A DNA stretch of 64,000 nucleotides from Candidatus Bathyarchaeota archaeon (GCA_963811105.1 CAWEPZ010000011.1:224001-288000); one strand, 5' to 3'. Positions 51,320-61,734 are shown, counted from the stretch's first letter. Made by a program: numbers and translations. The notes: generated by a model from the sequence alone, not told the origin.

Positions 51320-52636
51320 ATGAACCGCAAATACTGGAATGAAAAAACCGAAACCATGCCCGCTGAAGAAACAAAGAAGCATCAACTAAGAAAATTGCAG
51401 TTGCAGGTCAAACATTGCTATCTCAACAGCACTTTTTACAGGAAAAAATTTGACGGCATCGGATTAAAGCCTCAAGATATAGAGTCACTTGATGACCTCA
51501 AAAAAATTCCTTTCACAGTTAAAGCTGATCTAAGAGATAATTACCCATTCGGCATGGTTGCAGTTAAGTCGGATGAAATATGCGAGATTCATGCTTCAAG
51601 CGGCACTACGGGAAACCCGATAGTTGGTGCTTATACAAGAAGCGACTTAGACGTTTGGCAGGAATTGATGGCTCGATCCATCTACACCACAGGCGGAAGA
51701 CAGCAAGATGTTATCCACATAGCCTACGGCTATGGCTTATTCACGGGCGGCATGGGCTTCCATTATGGCGCTCAAAAACTTGGAGCCAAAATTATTCCTG
51801 CAAGCGGCGGGATGACCCAGCGTCAAATAAAACTAATGAGAGACTTGGACGCCACAATACTTGCCTGCACGCCAAGCTTCGCAGTTTACCTTGCTGAAAC
51901 AATGGTTCAAGAAGGTATAGACCCAAGCAAAGATCTCAAACTGAAGTCTGGAATGTTTGGCGCAGAGCCTTGGTCAGACAAAATTAGAGAAAGAATCGAG
52001 AAAGACCTAAACATTGAAGCGTTTGATGTTTATGGGTTAACTGAGCTTTGCGGTCCAGGTGTTTCCATTGAATGCAATGAGCATAAGGGATTACATATTG
52101 CTGAAGATCACTTTATTGTGGAAACAATTAATCCTGACACTTCTGAAGTATTGCCTCCTGGAGAAGAAGGCGAATTAGTTTTCACAACTTTAACTAAAAC
52201 AGGGTTGCCTTTGCTTAGGTATCGGACAAGAGATATTTCTAAACTTGAATTTGAAAAATGCGGATGCGGGCGCACTCACGCCAGAATGATGCGGGTTCAC
52301 GGCAGATCAGATGACATGTTGATTATTCGTGGAGTAAACATATTCCCCTCGCAAATAGAGTATGCGGTTATGTGCTTCTCAGAACTGGCAGCTCAATACC
52401 TTATAGTTGTCGACAGACCTGGAGCTTTGGACACATTTGTTGTTAAAGTTGAATTATGTGATAAAGCTTTCACCGATCCAAAGTTAGATCAGAATTCACT
52501 GAAGAATGATATTCAAAAGAGAATACACATTGTAACGGGTATAACGGCAGATGTTGAAATTGTTAAGCCCGGTGAGCTTCCGAGAACGGAAGGAAAAGCA
52601 AAAAGAGTTCTGGACTTGCGCAAAGGCAAAATGTAA
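51320..52636 (+). CDS. paaK: Phenylacetate--CoA ligase
   Basis: HASSGTTG, YGYGLFTGG, FGAEPW, YGLTE, RYRTRD, EGKAKRV. Confidence 0.93.
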   Translation: MNRKYWNEKTETMPAEETKKHQLRKLQLQVKHCYLNSTFYRKKFDGIGLKPQDIESLDDLKKIPFTVKADLRDNYPFGMVAVKSDEICEIHASSGTTGNPIVGAYTRSDLDVWQELMARSIYTTGGRQQDVIHIAYGYGLFTGGMGFHYGAQKLGAKIIPASGGMTQRQIKLMRDLDATILACTPSFAVYLAETMVQEGIDPSKDLKLKSGMFGAEPWSDKIRERIEKDLNIEAFDVYGLTELCGPGVSIECNEHKGLHIAEDHFIVETINPDTSEVLPPGEEGELVFTTLTKTGLPLLRYRTRDISKLEFEKCGCGRTHARMMRVHGRSDDMLIIRGVNIFPSQIEYAVMCFSELAAQYLIVVDRPGALDTFVVKVELCDKAFTDPKLDQNSLKNDIQKRIHIVTGITADVEIVKPGELPRTEGKAKRVLDLRKGKM

Positions 52637-52647
52637 AGGATCTTTAT

Positions 52648-54840
52648 ATGACCTCTAAGATTGGGGTAGACAAGCCTGGCAGATTTGCCTTGCTTAACGG
52701 TGATGAAGCAGTTGCACGAGGCGCAGTGGAATCAAGTGTTAAAGTTGCAGCTTCGTATCCCGGAACGCCTGCTACTGAAATTTTGGAAACCATAGCTGAA
52801 GTATCGAAAGAATTTGATATTTACGCTGAATGGAGCATAAATGAGATTGTGGCCGCGGAAGTTGCTGCAGGCGCTTCAATGACGGGCGTGAGATCCATTG
52901 TTTCTATGAAACATGTTGGTTTAAACGTTGCCGCAGACGCTGCAATGACGTTGGCTTATACTGGTGTTGAAGGAGGAATGGTAATTGCGGTCTGTGATGA
53001 TCCAGCATTGCATAGCAGCCAAAACGAGCAAGATACCAGGTATTTTGCAGTTCACTCGAAACTGCCATTGCTTGACGCTGGAAACCCGCAAGAAGCTCTC
53101 GACATGTCGCGTGAAGCCTTTGAACTGAGCGAAAAACTGCATTTGCCAGTGATCTTGCGGTTAACAACTAGGGTTGCACATGGAAAATCAAAAGTTAAAC
53201 TTGGCAATATACAGAAAATCAATCGGAAATCTGAGTTTGACAAGAAAGGTTCGAAATGGGTGATGGTGCCCTCAAACGCGATTAGACAACACAGAGTTTT
53301 GGAGGGCAGATTGGCGGAAGCAAAAAAGCTTGCTAATTTTTCCAAGTTTAACTTCGTTGAGGACAACGGTTGCGAAATAGGCATTGTTGGAAGTGGGGTT
53401 GGATATTATTATGCGCGCTCGATCTTGGATGCAAAAAAGTTTTCGTGGCTAAAGTTAGGTTTTGTTTACCCATTTCCAGATGAAACAGTTAAAAAATTTG
53501 CTTCTAAAGTGAAGAAGTTAATTGTAATTGAAGAGCTTCGACCTTACATGGAGGAAAACATCCAGCGCCTAAATCTTCAAGTCTTGGGAAAAATTGATCT
53601 TGGGTTACAGGAAATTGGTGAATTCACACCTGATAATGTTCGCCAAGCATTTGCAAATATGGGATTAGCCGAGAAAGCGGAAGCGCCAGAGCCACTGGAT
53701 TTGCCTCTTCGTCCGCCAGCACTTTGCCCAGCTTGTCCCCACAGAGCATTTTATTATGCGTTAAATATGGTTAACCAGTACGTTAACTGTGATAACGAGA
53801 AATGCGTTGGCTGCGACATATGCGAGTATGCTTGCTCTTTTGAAAAAGAAAGAGTCTTCAACCCTCTTAAATCCAGGATTCGCTCGGTTAGGATTGGACA
53901 AACCTTCAACACAGCGGTAACGTGTAAAGGCTGTATAGATGTTCCTTGCATGGTAGCTTGTCCAGAAAAAGCTCTGATGCGGTCAAGTGAAACTGGCGCC
54001 ATAATGGTTGATGAAGAAAAATGTAACGGTTGTGGATGGTGTATTGAAGCCTGCGAGTATGGTGCTGTAACGATGCAACCTGACAAACGCAAAGTTATCA
54101 TTTGCGACACTTGTGGCGGAGACCCAAAATGCATCCCGCTTTGCCCTGAGAGCGCCTTGAGCTTGACTGGAAAATCAAATGATAAAATCGTCACTGGCGA
54201 CATTGGCTGCTATACGCTAGGTGTGTTACCTCCTGTAAATGCTGTTCAGACATGCCTTTGTATGGGGGCTGGAATCTCTCAAGCTGCAGGCATGATTCAT
54301 GCAGGAATCAAAGAAAAAGTATTTGCGGTTATTGGCGATTCAACGTTTTTCCATGCAGGAATGCCTGGACTTATGAATATTGCTTACAACAAATCGAACG
54401 TCTGCGTTATCATAATGGATAATAGCACTGTCGCTATGACTGGGCATCAGCCAACGCCGAGCTCAGGAAAAACTGCTATGGGTGCGGATGCTAAGATATT
54501 GAGAATTCAAGATGTTGCTAAAGGTCTTGGAATAGACAAAGTCGAAATCGTTGACCCCTATGACATTAAAGCAACAACCAGGGCATTGAGAGAAATTCTT
54601 GATTATAATGGTCCATCAGTTATTATCTCTCAGAAGCCCTGTCCACTGTTGATTGAGAGAGGTAAAGCGAGAGAAGTTTTGGAGAAATGTAATGGATGCG
54701 GGGTCTGCGTTAAAGCCTTTGGTTGCCCAGCAATCAGTCTTTCAAATGAACGGGCCGAGATAGATGCCACTTTGTGCTATGGATGTGGCGTATGTGAAAC
54801 CGTGTGTCCCTTTGAAGCTATAAGGAGAAAAGAAAAATGA
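52648..54840 (+). CDS. iorA: Indolepyruvate:ferredoxin oxidoreductase alpha subunit with inserted polyferredoxin
   Basis: YPGTP, MKHVGLNVA, SSQNEQD, LCPACPH, GDIGCY, IGDSTF.H, C-terminal 2x4Fe-4S; extra domain at 53776-54165. Confidence 0.92.
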   Translation: MTSKIGVDKPGRFALLNGDEAVARGAVESSVKVAASYPGTPATEILETIAEVSKEFDIYAEWSINEIVAAEVAAGASMTGVRSIVSMKHVGLNVAADAAMTLAYTGVEGGMVIAVCDDPALHSSQNEQDTRYFAVHSKLPLLDAGNPQEALDMSREAFELSEKLHLPVILRLTTRVAHGKSKVKLGNIQKINRKSEFDKKGSKWVMVPSNAIRQHRVLEGRLAEAKKLANFSKFNFVEDNGCEIGIVGSGVGYYYARSILDAKKFSWLKLGFVYPFPDETVKKFASKVKKLIVIEELRPYMEENIQRLNLQVLGKIDLGLQEIGEFTPDNVRQAFANMGLAEKAEAPEPLDLPLRPPALCPACPHRAFYYALNMVNQYVNCDNEKCVGCDICEYACSFEKERVFNPLKSRIRSVRIGQTFNTAVTCKGCIDVPCMVACPEKALMRSSETGAIMVDEEKCNGCGWCIEACEYGAVTMQPDKRKVIICDTCGGDPKCIPLCPESALSLTGKSNDKIVTGDIGCYTLGVLPPVNAVQTCLCMGAGISQAAGMIHAGIKEKVFAVIGDSTFFHAGMPGLMNIAYNKSNVCVIIMDNSTVAMTGHQPTPSSGKTAMGADAKILRIQDVAKGLGIDKVEIVDPYDIKATTRALREILDYNGPSVIISQKPCPLLIERGKAREVLEKCNGCGVCVKAFGCPAISLSNERAEIDATLCYGCGVCETVCPFEAIRRKEK

Positions 54841-55424
54841 AACTTGACGTAGTTTTCAGCGGCGTCGGCGGCCAAGGCGTTGTAGTTTTAAGTGATATTT
54901 ATTGCGAAGCTGCCATGTTGGATGGTCTTGATGTTGCGAAGGCGGAGATTCATGGCATGGCGCAGCGTGGAGGGTCGATTGTTGCATATGCCAGAATTGG
55001 CGATAAGGTTGAGTCTCCATTAATTGAAACAGGAAAAGCAGATGTGCTTGTAGGCTTTGAAATTCTTGAAACTGCAAGAGCCCTTCCAATGTTAAAGAAA
55101 AAGGGTAACGTTATTGTTAACATGAAGTACATTCCCCCAAGCTGTAGTTTTTCAGGAGTTAAACCCAAAAAAACAGCAGAATTGCTTCAGATTCTAAAGT
55201 CCAAAGGCGATGTTCATGAGGTAGATGGCATGGGCATTGCTGAAAAACTTGGGAACCTCTTGGTTGTTAATACTATTCTTCTTGGAGCCTTATCTGCCCT
55301 TCCTGAAATTCCAGTAAAAGTGGAGTCTTTTCAGCAGGCGATTGCCGGCAGGCTTAAAGAAAAATATGTAAATTTGAATCTGAAAGCTTTCCAGTTAGGC
55401 AGAGAAAGCGTGTTAATCAGTTAA
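54837..55424 (+). CDS. iorB: Indolepyruvate:ferredoxin oxidoreductase beta subunit
   Basis: GVGGQG, EIHGMAQRGGS, NLKAF..G. Confidence 0.93.
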   Translation: MKLDVVFSGVGGQGVVVLSDIYCEAAMLDGLDVAKAEIHGMAQRGGSIVAYARIGDKVESPLIETGKADVLVGFEILETARALPMLKKKGNVIVNMKYIPPSCSFSGVKPKKTAELLQILKSKGDVHEVDGMGIAEKLGNLLVVNTILLGALSALPEIPVKVESFQQAIAGRLKEKYVNLNLKAFQLGRESVLIS

Positions 55425-55477
55425 TTTTATTAGCAATTACGTTTGATATAGCAAAGAAAAACTGAGAGGATGTATAC

Positions 55478-56863
55478 TTGAATAAGAAAATACTCGCTTT
55501 AGTCGTCGTTGTAATTATTGCAGTTGCAGCAGTTGCAGCTATAGAATTATCTACAAAACCAGCACCATCAGCTGAAGCCCGAAATATCAAGATTGGCTTA
55601 GTTGCTCCACTGTCTACCTCAATTGGACAAGACATGCTAAAAGCATCGCAAATGGCAGTTAACGAGATCAATGATGGAGGCGGAATCTCTGTTTCTGATT
55701 GGAATACCAAAGTCAACATAAGTTTAGTTACTGTTGATACTGGAACCGATACAGTTCCAGCCGATGCCGTAACAGCAGTAACAAAAGCAGTTCAACAAGA
55801 CCAAGTAGATATGCTAATCGGCGGTTATGGAAGTGCAGCAACTCTCGCTGACGAAGTCGTAGCTATCAACAACAAGGTACCTTTCATAATCACTGGAGCG
55901 TCAAACCAGCTTGTCACGAGACGAGGACCACAGGGCAACTATGGCGGCTTTGGAACAGATGGCACCTACAGTATCACTGATGCGGCGGGAATAGAGGGAA
56001 TGACTTACATGTTCCACTATTGCACAACAACCTACGATTACGCTAAGACAGTTGTTGAGTTTTTAAACCAAGAAATGAAGCCTATGGTAGCTGCAGACAG
56101 AAACCTCAGTCTTGCGTTATATTACCGCGATGATTCCTTCGGGAATGCAGTTGAACAAGCCGCTAAGTATTGGATTCAGAACGAAAACCTGCCAATTAAT
56201 ATCGTAGCAGACAGAAAACACCCAACTTCTTCAAACAGTTTCCAAACTGACCTAACAGTAATCAAAGGTGACCATCCAGACGCAGTTTTTGTCGCAGACA
56301 ATCCAGACATAACACCACAAGTGATCCAACAAGGATGGAATGATGTAGGACTAAAGACCGTTTACATTGCAGTTGAAAACAATCAAGACCCAGTATTCTA
56401 CAATCTATTAGGAAGTGTTGGTGACGGGCAACTTTTGGAGTCAAAGATGGACCCATTCCAAGTACCTTCTTATCTGCCGGCAGTACAAACATATTCTCAA
56501 AAATTCAACCAAACTTACAATGTAGCGCCAGGAATGATGGGAGTTGACACATATGACGCATTTTACATAGCTAAGAACGCAATTCAAAATGCTGGAACCG
56601 TTGATAAAGCAGCTGTACGGCAAGCAATAGAAAACACCAAAATGGACCAAAGACTCATAATGACTGCTACCGGCAAAATTCAATTCAGCACAGGCGTTAA
56701 CTATCATGAAATTGGCCCAGTTACATTCATGGAGCAACTCAAATGGAATGCTGAAACCAATAAGCTTGAATCGCAAATTATTTGGCCAGCGACTGAACCA
56801 GCCGTAAGCAATTTCAAACAAGCAGACTTCAGATTGCCAACAGGCTACCAACCTGGAAGCTAA
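55478..56863 (+). CDS. LivK-type ABC substrate-binding protein
   Basis: N-terminal anchor, IKIGLVAPLS, IGGYGS, YDA. Confidence 0.88.
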   Translation: MNKKILALVVVVIIAVAAVAAIELSTKPAPSAEARNIKIGLVAPLSTSIGQDMLKASQMAVNEINDGGGISVSDWNTKVNISLVTVDTGTDTVPADAVTAVTKAVQQDQVDMLIGGYGSAATLADEVVAINNKVPFIITGASNQLVTRRGPQGNYGGFGTDGTYSITDAAGIEGMTYMFHYCTTTYDYAKTVVEFLNQEMKPMVAADRNLSLALYYRDDSFGNAVEQAAKYWIQNENLPINIVADRKHPTSSNSFQTDLTVIKGDHPDAVFVADNPDITPQVIQQGWNDVGLKTVYIAVENNQDPVFYNLLGSVGDGQLLESKMDPFQVPSYLPAVQTYSQKFNQTYNVAPGMMGVDTYDAFYIAKNAIQNAGTVDKAAVRQAIENTKMDQRLIMTATGKIQFSTGVNYHEIGPVTFMEQLKWNAETNKLESQIIWPATEPAVSNFKQADFRLPTGYQPGS

Positions 56864-56990
56864 ACCAAGCTCCCTTCCAAAATTTTTTTTTCTTCTTTAT
56901 TTTTCTAAAATTAAAAAACATTTTAAATAGCTATGTGAGGAATAAGAAAACTAATAGTTCACAATTAATGACCGAGGGAATAACTGTATC

Positions 56991-57869
56991 ATGGATATTA
57001 CTGCGGGAACAATAGTCTTAACACTAATTTGGGGCGTTGCAATCGGTTGCATTTACATGTTACTTGCTTCTGGATTAAACATTATTTTTGGCGTCATGAA
57101 ACTTGTCAATTTTGCTCATGGACAGTTTCTTATGATAGGTGCGTATCTTACTTGGACCGTTTCGGTTGCTGCAGGCCTAAACGCTTATCTGGCAATTCTT
57201 GTCTCGATGGCAATAGTAGCTGGGATAGGCATACTTATTGAACGATTAACTTTTCGAAGGGTCTTGGGAACTGATAAGCTCAATGAGATTTTTGTTAGCC
57301 TCGGCTTGATTTACATTTTTGAAAATGCTGCCCTACTTATTTGGGGTGACCAGTCTCAACAGATTAAAAGCCCCTTTTACGGTATGAGTTTGAATCTGCC
57401 AAGCATATCTATAACATATGATAGAATTATAGCTGTTTTCGTAGTGGTTGCTGTTCTAGTAGGTTTCGGTTTACTGCTTTATAAAACAAAAATTGGCTTA
57501 GCAATGCGGGCTACCAGCCAAATCAACAGAACAGCTATGCTTATGGGAATAAACGTGGAAAGAATCTATTTGGTTACTTTCGGTTTAGGATCGGCTTTAG
57601 CTGCAACAGCGGGTGGATTATATGGAATCATTTTCTCTTTTAACTCGCAAACAGGAGCAATGCCAACAATCATAGCCTTCGCGATAATCATTCTTGGTGG
57701 GTTAGGAAGCATACGGGGTGCTATTGTTGGCGGATTGCTTTATGGTATCACAGAACAGATGGCGACATTGTTTCTGGGGGGAATTTGGTCAAGTGCGGTT
57801 GCTTTTGCCTTGCTGATAATTGTCCTTATAATTCGGCCGAACGGAATATTCGGTGAAAAAGGAGAATAA
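56991..57869 (+). CDS. livH: ABC permease
   Basis: GLNIIFGVM.LVNFAHG, GLAMRA, LGGLGS, RPNGIFG. Confidence 0.92.
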   Translation: MDITAGTIVLTLIWGVAIGCIYMLLASGLNIIFGVMKLVNFAHGQFLMIGAYLTWTVSVAAGLNAYLAILVSMAIVAGIGILIERLTFRRVLGTDKLNEIFVSLGLIYIFENAALLIWGDQSQQIKSPFYGMSLNLPSISITYDRIIAVFVVVAVLVGFGLLLYKTKIGLAMRATSQINRTAMLMGINVERIYLVTFGLGSALAATAGGLYGIIFSFNSQTGAMPTIIAFAIIILGGLGSIRGAIVGGLLYGITEQMATLFLGGIWSSAVAFALLIIVLIIRPNGIFGEKGE

Positions 57870-58965
57870 CATGCCAATATTAAAGCAGCTCTCTATTTTC
57901 ATGCGTTCAAGAAGCTTCCAATTTTTAATTGCAAGTTTCGTGGTTCTAGCACTTATTCCATTATTCATAACTGACAAGTTCTTCCTGTTCGTTTTTACAT
58001 TGATATTTATCTTTGCAATCTATGCTGCAAGCTGGAATTTTCTGGCTAATTCAGGGCAAGGTTCACTCGGACATGCGGCTTTCTTAGGAATCGGCGGGTT
58101 CTCATCAGCAATTATTGGCGGCAGAATCTCCAATGCCATAATTGGAACCTTCGGTGCTAATGCCATGCAGCCCGGGATTCTGTCTTTGCTAATTCAACTT
58201 TCAGTTCTTCTTATCGGAGGTTTGATTTCTGCCGGAATCGGCTTGTTGATTGGTTTGGCTTGTGTACGGTTGAAGGCTTGGTATTTGGCCATGGTTACTT
58301 TCGGGTTTTCAGTGATAGCTTTTACCTTGTCCAGCCAGTTTAATTCCTTCACTAATGGAATAGATGGTTTTCAAACTGCGATACTTGTGACCGGGGGTTA
58401 CCCTTTTTACATTTTGGTTGTTTCTTTTGCTGCGGTTTCCATTGCGGTTATGTATTTGATTATGAAGTCTCGCATGGGGTTGGCTTTTCGGGCAATACAT
58501 GGCAATGAAGCTGAGGCCCGCATGATTGGGGTTAATACGGTCAAGTATAAGTTGATAGCTTTTGTTATTAGCACATTCTTTGCTGGTATCGCAGGAGGAT
58601 TATACTCTTATTTCTTTCAGTTTATCGATAATTCAGTTTTCTCGCCTGCTAACTCGTTTTTGCCGCTGATTATGACTGTTATCGGTGGCTTGGGCACTGT
58701 AAGCGGACCCATCATAGGTGCCTTTTTCCTTACGTCAGTAGGGCAAATCCTAGGCACGCAGAGTGTTACTCACGCCTTGAGCACAACACTTGGACCGCTC
58801 TTCCCAAAAGTTGGTTACGTTGGCCCTCCAATAACATATCTAATTATCGGTGTAATTCTATTAATTATTGTTATTTTCTCGCCTAAAGGGTTAACGTCGC
58901 TGTTCCGCAAATTCATCAATTACATAGTAACGGAAGATAAACCTAAAGGAACCAAGACCAAATGA
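57853..58965 (+). CDS. livM: ABC permease
   Basis: GQ.SLGHAAF.GIG, YLAMVT, IGGLG...GP..GA, PKGL. Confidence 0.92.
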   Translation: MKKENNMPILKQLSIFMRSRSFQFLIASFVVLALIPLFITDKFFLFVFTLIFIFAIYAASWNFLANSGQGSLGHAAFLGIGGFSSAIIGGRISNAIIGTFGANAMQPGILSLLIQLSVLLIGGLISAGIGLLIGLACVRLKAWYLAMVTFGFSVIAFTLSSQFNSFTNGIDGFQTAILVTGGYPFYILVVSFAAVSIAVMYLIMKSRMGLAFRAIHGNEAEARMIGVNTVKYKLIAFVISTFFAGIAGGLYSYFFQFIDNSVFSPANSFLPLIMTVIGGLGTVSGPIIGAFFLTSVGQILGTQSVTHALSTTLGPLFPKVGYVGPPITYLIIGVILLIIVIFSPKGLTSLFRKFINYIVTEDKPKGTKTK

Positions 58966-59324
58966 AGGGAACAGATTATTTCGCTGAAGCCTTAGGAATC
59001 CAAGTATTAGAAATCAAAGACGGCTACGCGAAAGTAACTATGAAAGTGGAAAAAAACCATACTAACGCACTGGACTTCACACACGGCGGTGTCATTTTCT
59101 CGCTGGCAGACTACGCTTTTGCGCAAGCATGTAATTATGGCGACAATGTTGCCGTAGCAGTTCAAGTTAGCATAAACTTTCTCAGGCCCTCGGTTGAAGG
59201 TGACCTGTTGACGGCAGAAGCGGTTAGGGTTTCTGACGGAAAAACAATGGGTTTGTATCAAGTAATGGTTAAGAAAGAGGAAAAAATCATTGCTTCCTTC
59301 TCAGGATTAGCATTTAAAAAGTAG
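58962..59324 (+). CDS. paaI: PaaI-type hotdog thioesterase
   Basis: N...FTHGGVIFSLADYAFA.ACN. Confidence 0.9.
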   Translation: MKGTDYFAEALGIQVLEIKDGYAKVTMKVEKNHTNALDFTHGGVIFSLADYAFAQACNYGDNVAVAVQVSINFLRPSVEGDLLTAEAVRVSDGKTMGLYQVMVKKEEKIIASFSGLAFKK

Positions 59325-59412
59325 TTTCTCAACCAAGCACTAAATAGATATAACAAAAAAAGAAGTAGAACCAACAATATTTTTATGTGGGCTCCAACCC
59401 TAGAGTCACAAT

Positions 59413-59488
59413 GCTGGGGTGGCCGAATGGTTCAGGCGACAGCCTGCAGAGCTGTTATATATGGGTTCAATTCCCATCCCCAGCTCCA
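59413..59488 (+). tRNA. tRNA-Cys(GCA), CCA encoded
   Basis: GCTGGGG/CCCCAGC acceptor, CT-GCA-GA loop, GGTTCAATTCC, discriminator T. Confidence 0.93.
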
Positions 59489-59694
59489 ATCACTGGCCAT
59501 GGATGTTTAGGGTTCGGTTCCCTATCATACTACTGTACTTAATTCTGCAGCAAGTTTAAACTGCATGTTACTCAGGGTTTAGCAATCGCCTAGAGTGCGT
59601 AGATCCAAATCAAAAGACAATTAGCAATAGATTCATTTCCAAAAAACCAGTCACAGTAAAATAGATTAGTAAAAGAAAAAGGAGATTTTTTGAC

Positions 59695-59829
59695 TTATCT
59701 TGCTTTGTTCTGCACACGCGGTCCAATTAGGATTCAAAGCCAATCTACAAATTCCTTCATATTCTTAGTCTGAATATGCACATCCCCAGATCTGGTGATC
59801 TCAGTTACCAGGCCCTCTCCACTGAGCAT
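59695..59829 (-). pseudogene. AIM24/TIGR00266-like C-terminal fragment
   Basis: MLSGEGLVTEITRSGDVHIQTKNMKEFVDWL*ILIGPRV; in-frame TGA; N-terminal part missing. Confidence 0.6.
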
Positions 59830-59916
59830 TGTCTAGGAAATACTAATTAACAGACTTCATATAGGCGTTACCTTGTCAAGAAAACAGAAAAAAGAAGAAT
59901 TTTTTGCTATTATAGT

Positions 59917-60129
59917 TTATTTTTTTGCCAATGCCGCCGCTGCTACGATTGCAATTATTGCTCCAAGTGCGACTATTATCCAATATAGGTAGGTAGGAGT
60001 CCAATTAGAGGTAAGGCTCCAATTAGGGATGACATAGCACCAAAGCAACGAGACGAGTACTATCAAGATTCCCAATATAAGTTCTGCCACTGCAAAAGCT
60101 TTAGACGCCGCCATTCTTTCTTTCTCCAA
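59917..60129 (-). CDS. Small 2-TM membrane protein
   Basis: Two hydrophobic helices, KK end. Confidence 0.6.
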   Translation of the reverse strand: MEKERMAASKAFAVAELILGILIVLVSLLWCYVIPNWSLTSNWTPTYLYWIIVALGAIIAIVAAAALAKK

Positions 60130-60167
60130 AAAAATATTATGAAAATCATCTTTTAAATTTTGCTATG

Positions 60168-60349
60168 CTAAGGCTGGGCTTCACTGAAAGTTACAACAAA
60201 CCCTCATAGCAAACCACCCTGACATCGGTGTCGCCCTCTTCCCAATCGTAGCCGACAATGCTGGGTTTAACTTCGGGTGAACTATCATCAATGATCGAGC
60301 CAGCTTTCCCACTTATGATTTGATTAAAAACCCTCAGTTGTTGCTTCAC
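60168..60349 (-). pseudogene. Possible virion/baseplate (BppU-like) gene fragment
   Basis: IVGYDWEEGDTDV.VVCY then frameshift to FVVTFSE; resemblance recalled, not searched. Confidence 0.3.
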
Positions 60350-60588
60350 TATGTAACCACAATATCTTATATTTTGTATTAAGTAAACTCTATCCAGATA
60401 GCAATGTTCCGAGTTAGGCAGGTTGGCGGCTAATAGAAGATAAGGGTTTTTCTCTCCTTCCTCTCAAGCAATCTTTTTTCCTTATCTCTGTTAGCAAAAG
60501 GCTGACCTGCTTAACCCCACTTTTAGCCCTTCAAGTACACGATTAAGTAGATTTGTTCAGGCTTGAAAATAAAAAAAGAAAAAGAAGG

Positions 60589-60893
60589 CTAAACCTCAAT
60601 GCAGATTCTGTTCAAAACATCGGCTATTACAACTTTGGGTTGGAGCTATGTAGAATTATGTAGCCGTCGCATCCGCGTTTTGCATCTCGGTACTGTTCTG
60701 CCATTGTTGGTTCCTGTCCTAGAATTAAGCCTATGTTGTTGCCTAAGATCGGTCGTGTGCGTCATCAGAATTTCTGTTAGCGCGAGTCGGTTACTATTTG
60801 TACCGTCGGATAGCCAGGTAAAGTGAAGTTGCCGCCTGTTGCGCCAAGGTTTGCGATGGCCACTTCTGCCGATCTCGTTACTTCACCAATCAT
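60589..60893 (-). pseudogene. Possible major capsid protein C-terminal remnant
   Basis: FTLPGYPTVQIVTD**..LILGQEPTMAEQYRDAKRGCDGYII/PKVVIADVLNRI; stops and frameshift; T-run after stop. Confidence 0.35.
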
Positions 60894-61734
60894 GTGAGAT
60901 TTCAATTCCATCCCCAGATCTTTGAACGGATCCTAAACTTTTTAGGTATTTTTTGTCACTTTCTAATCAGAACGCCATACCGTAGCAAGAGTCTAAAAAG
61001 GGTAGAACTTATCCTTCTTTATTCACTTGCTATGTTTTCTAATCTTTCCAGAGGCACTCAGATCCTTTTATTTCGGTTTCTTGAAGTTCAACGTTTCCGT
61101 CTTTAACTACTATGGCATTAATTTTGCCGAAAAACTCTGTAAAGCTAATCACTCTGCTTTCGGTCATACTTATCCTCTATCAATTCTATTTTTTGCCTCA
61201 TTGAGATTTAATTCTTGCTAACATGCAGATATATATGTAAATATAAAAAGATAAGTCAGCATTTTTTTGTGTTAACAAACGATGTTTCTTAATTGAAATG
61301 GATCGAAAGTTAACTAAAAAACTGTTATAGATGGATTTAAATCAGGATTTTCACATAACGAGAACGGTGAGAATATGTTGTGCCTGCACTTGCAGAATAG
61401 AATTTTACAGCTAATTCTATAGAGCTTCAACAGATTTTCGCAGTATCTGCAACAATTCCTTTTGTCCTTTTTGCTAACCTTGCATTAGTTGTTTATCTTA
61501 AAAGCTATAATGTCAGTCATCTATTTCCTCTGAAACCAAAACAAAAAAGGTAGCTTTGAGGGAGACGTCTCCAACCAATATGATTTCAACTCTCAACTTT
61601 TTCCTCAATTTAGCCATATTTAGCGAAAATATGTTTAATTTGGTGACCTCATATTTGTTGGATTGCTACTATAGAAAAAGTCTACTTCTTTGGAGCAGGT
61701 AAATTGAGAAGCTTGGAAACTGCAGGGATCAGGT

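Noticed and set aside
60599-61221. Short plus-strand ORFs in the island
   Set aside because: No protein-like features; the minus strand carries the more plausible decayed coding signal.
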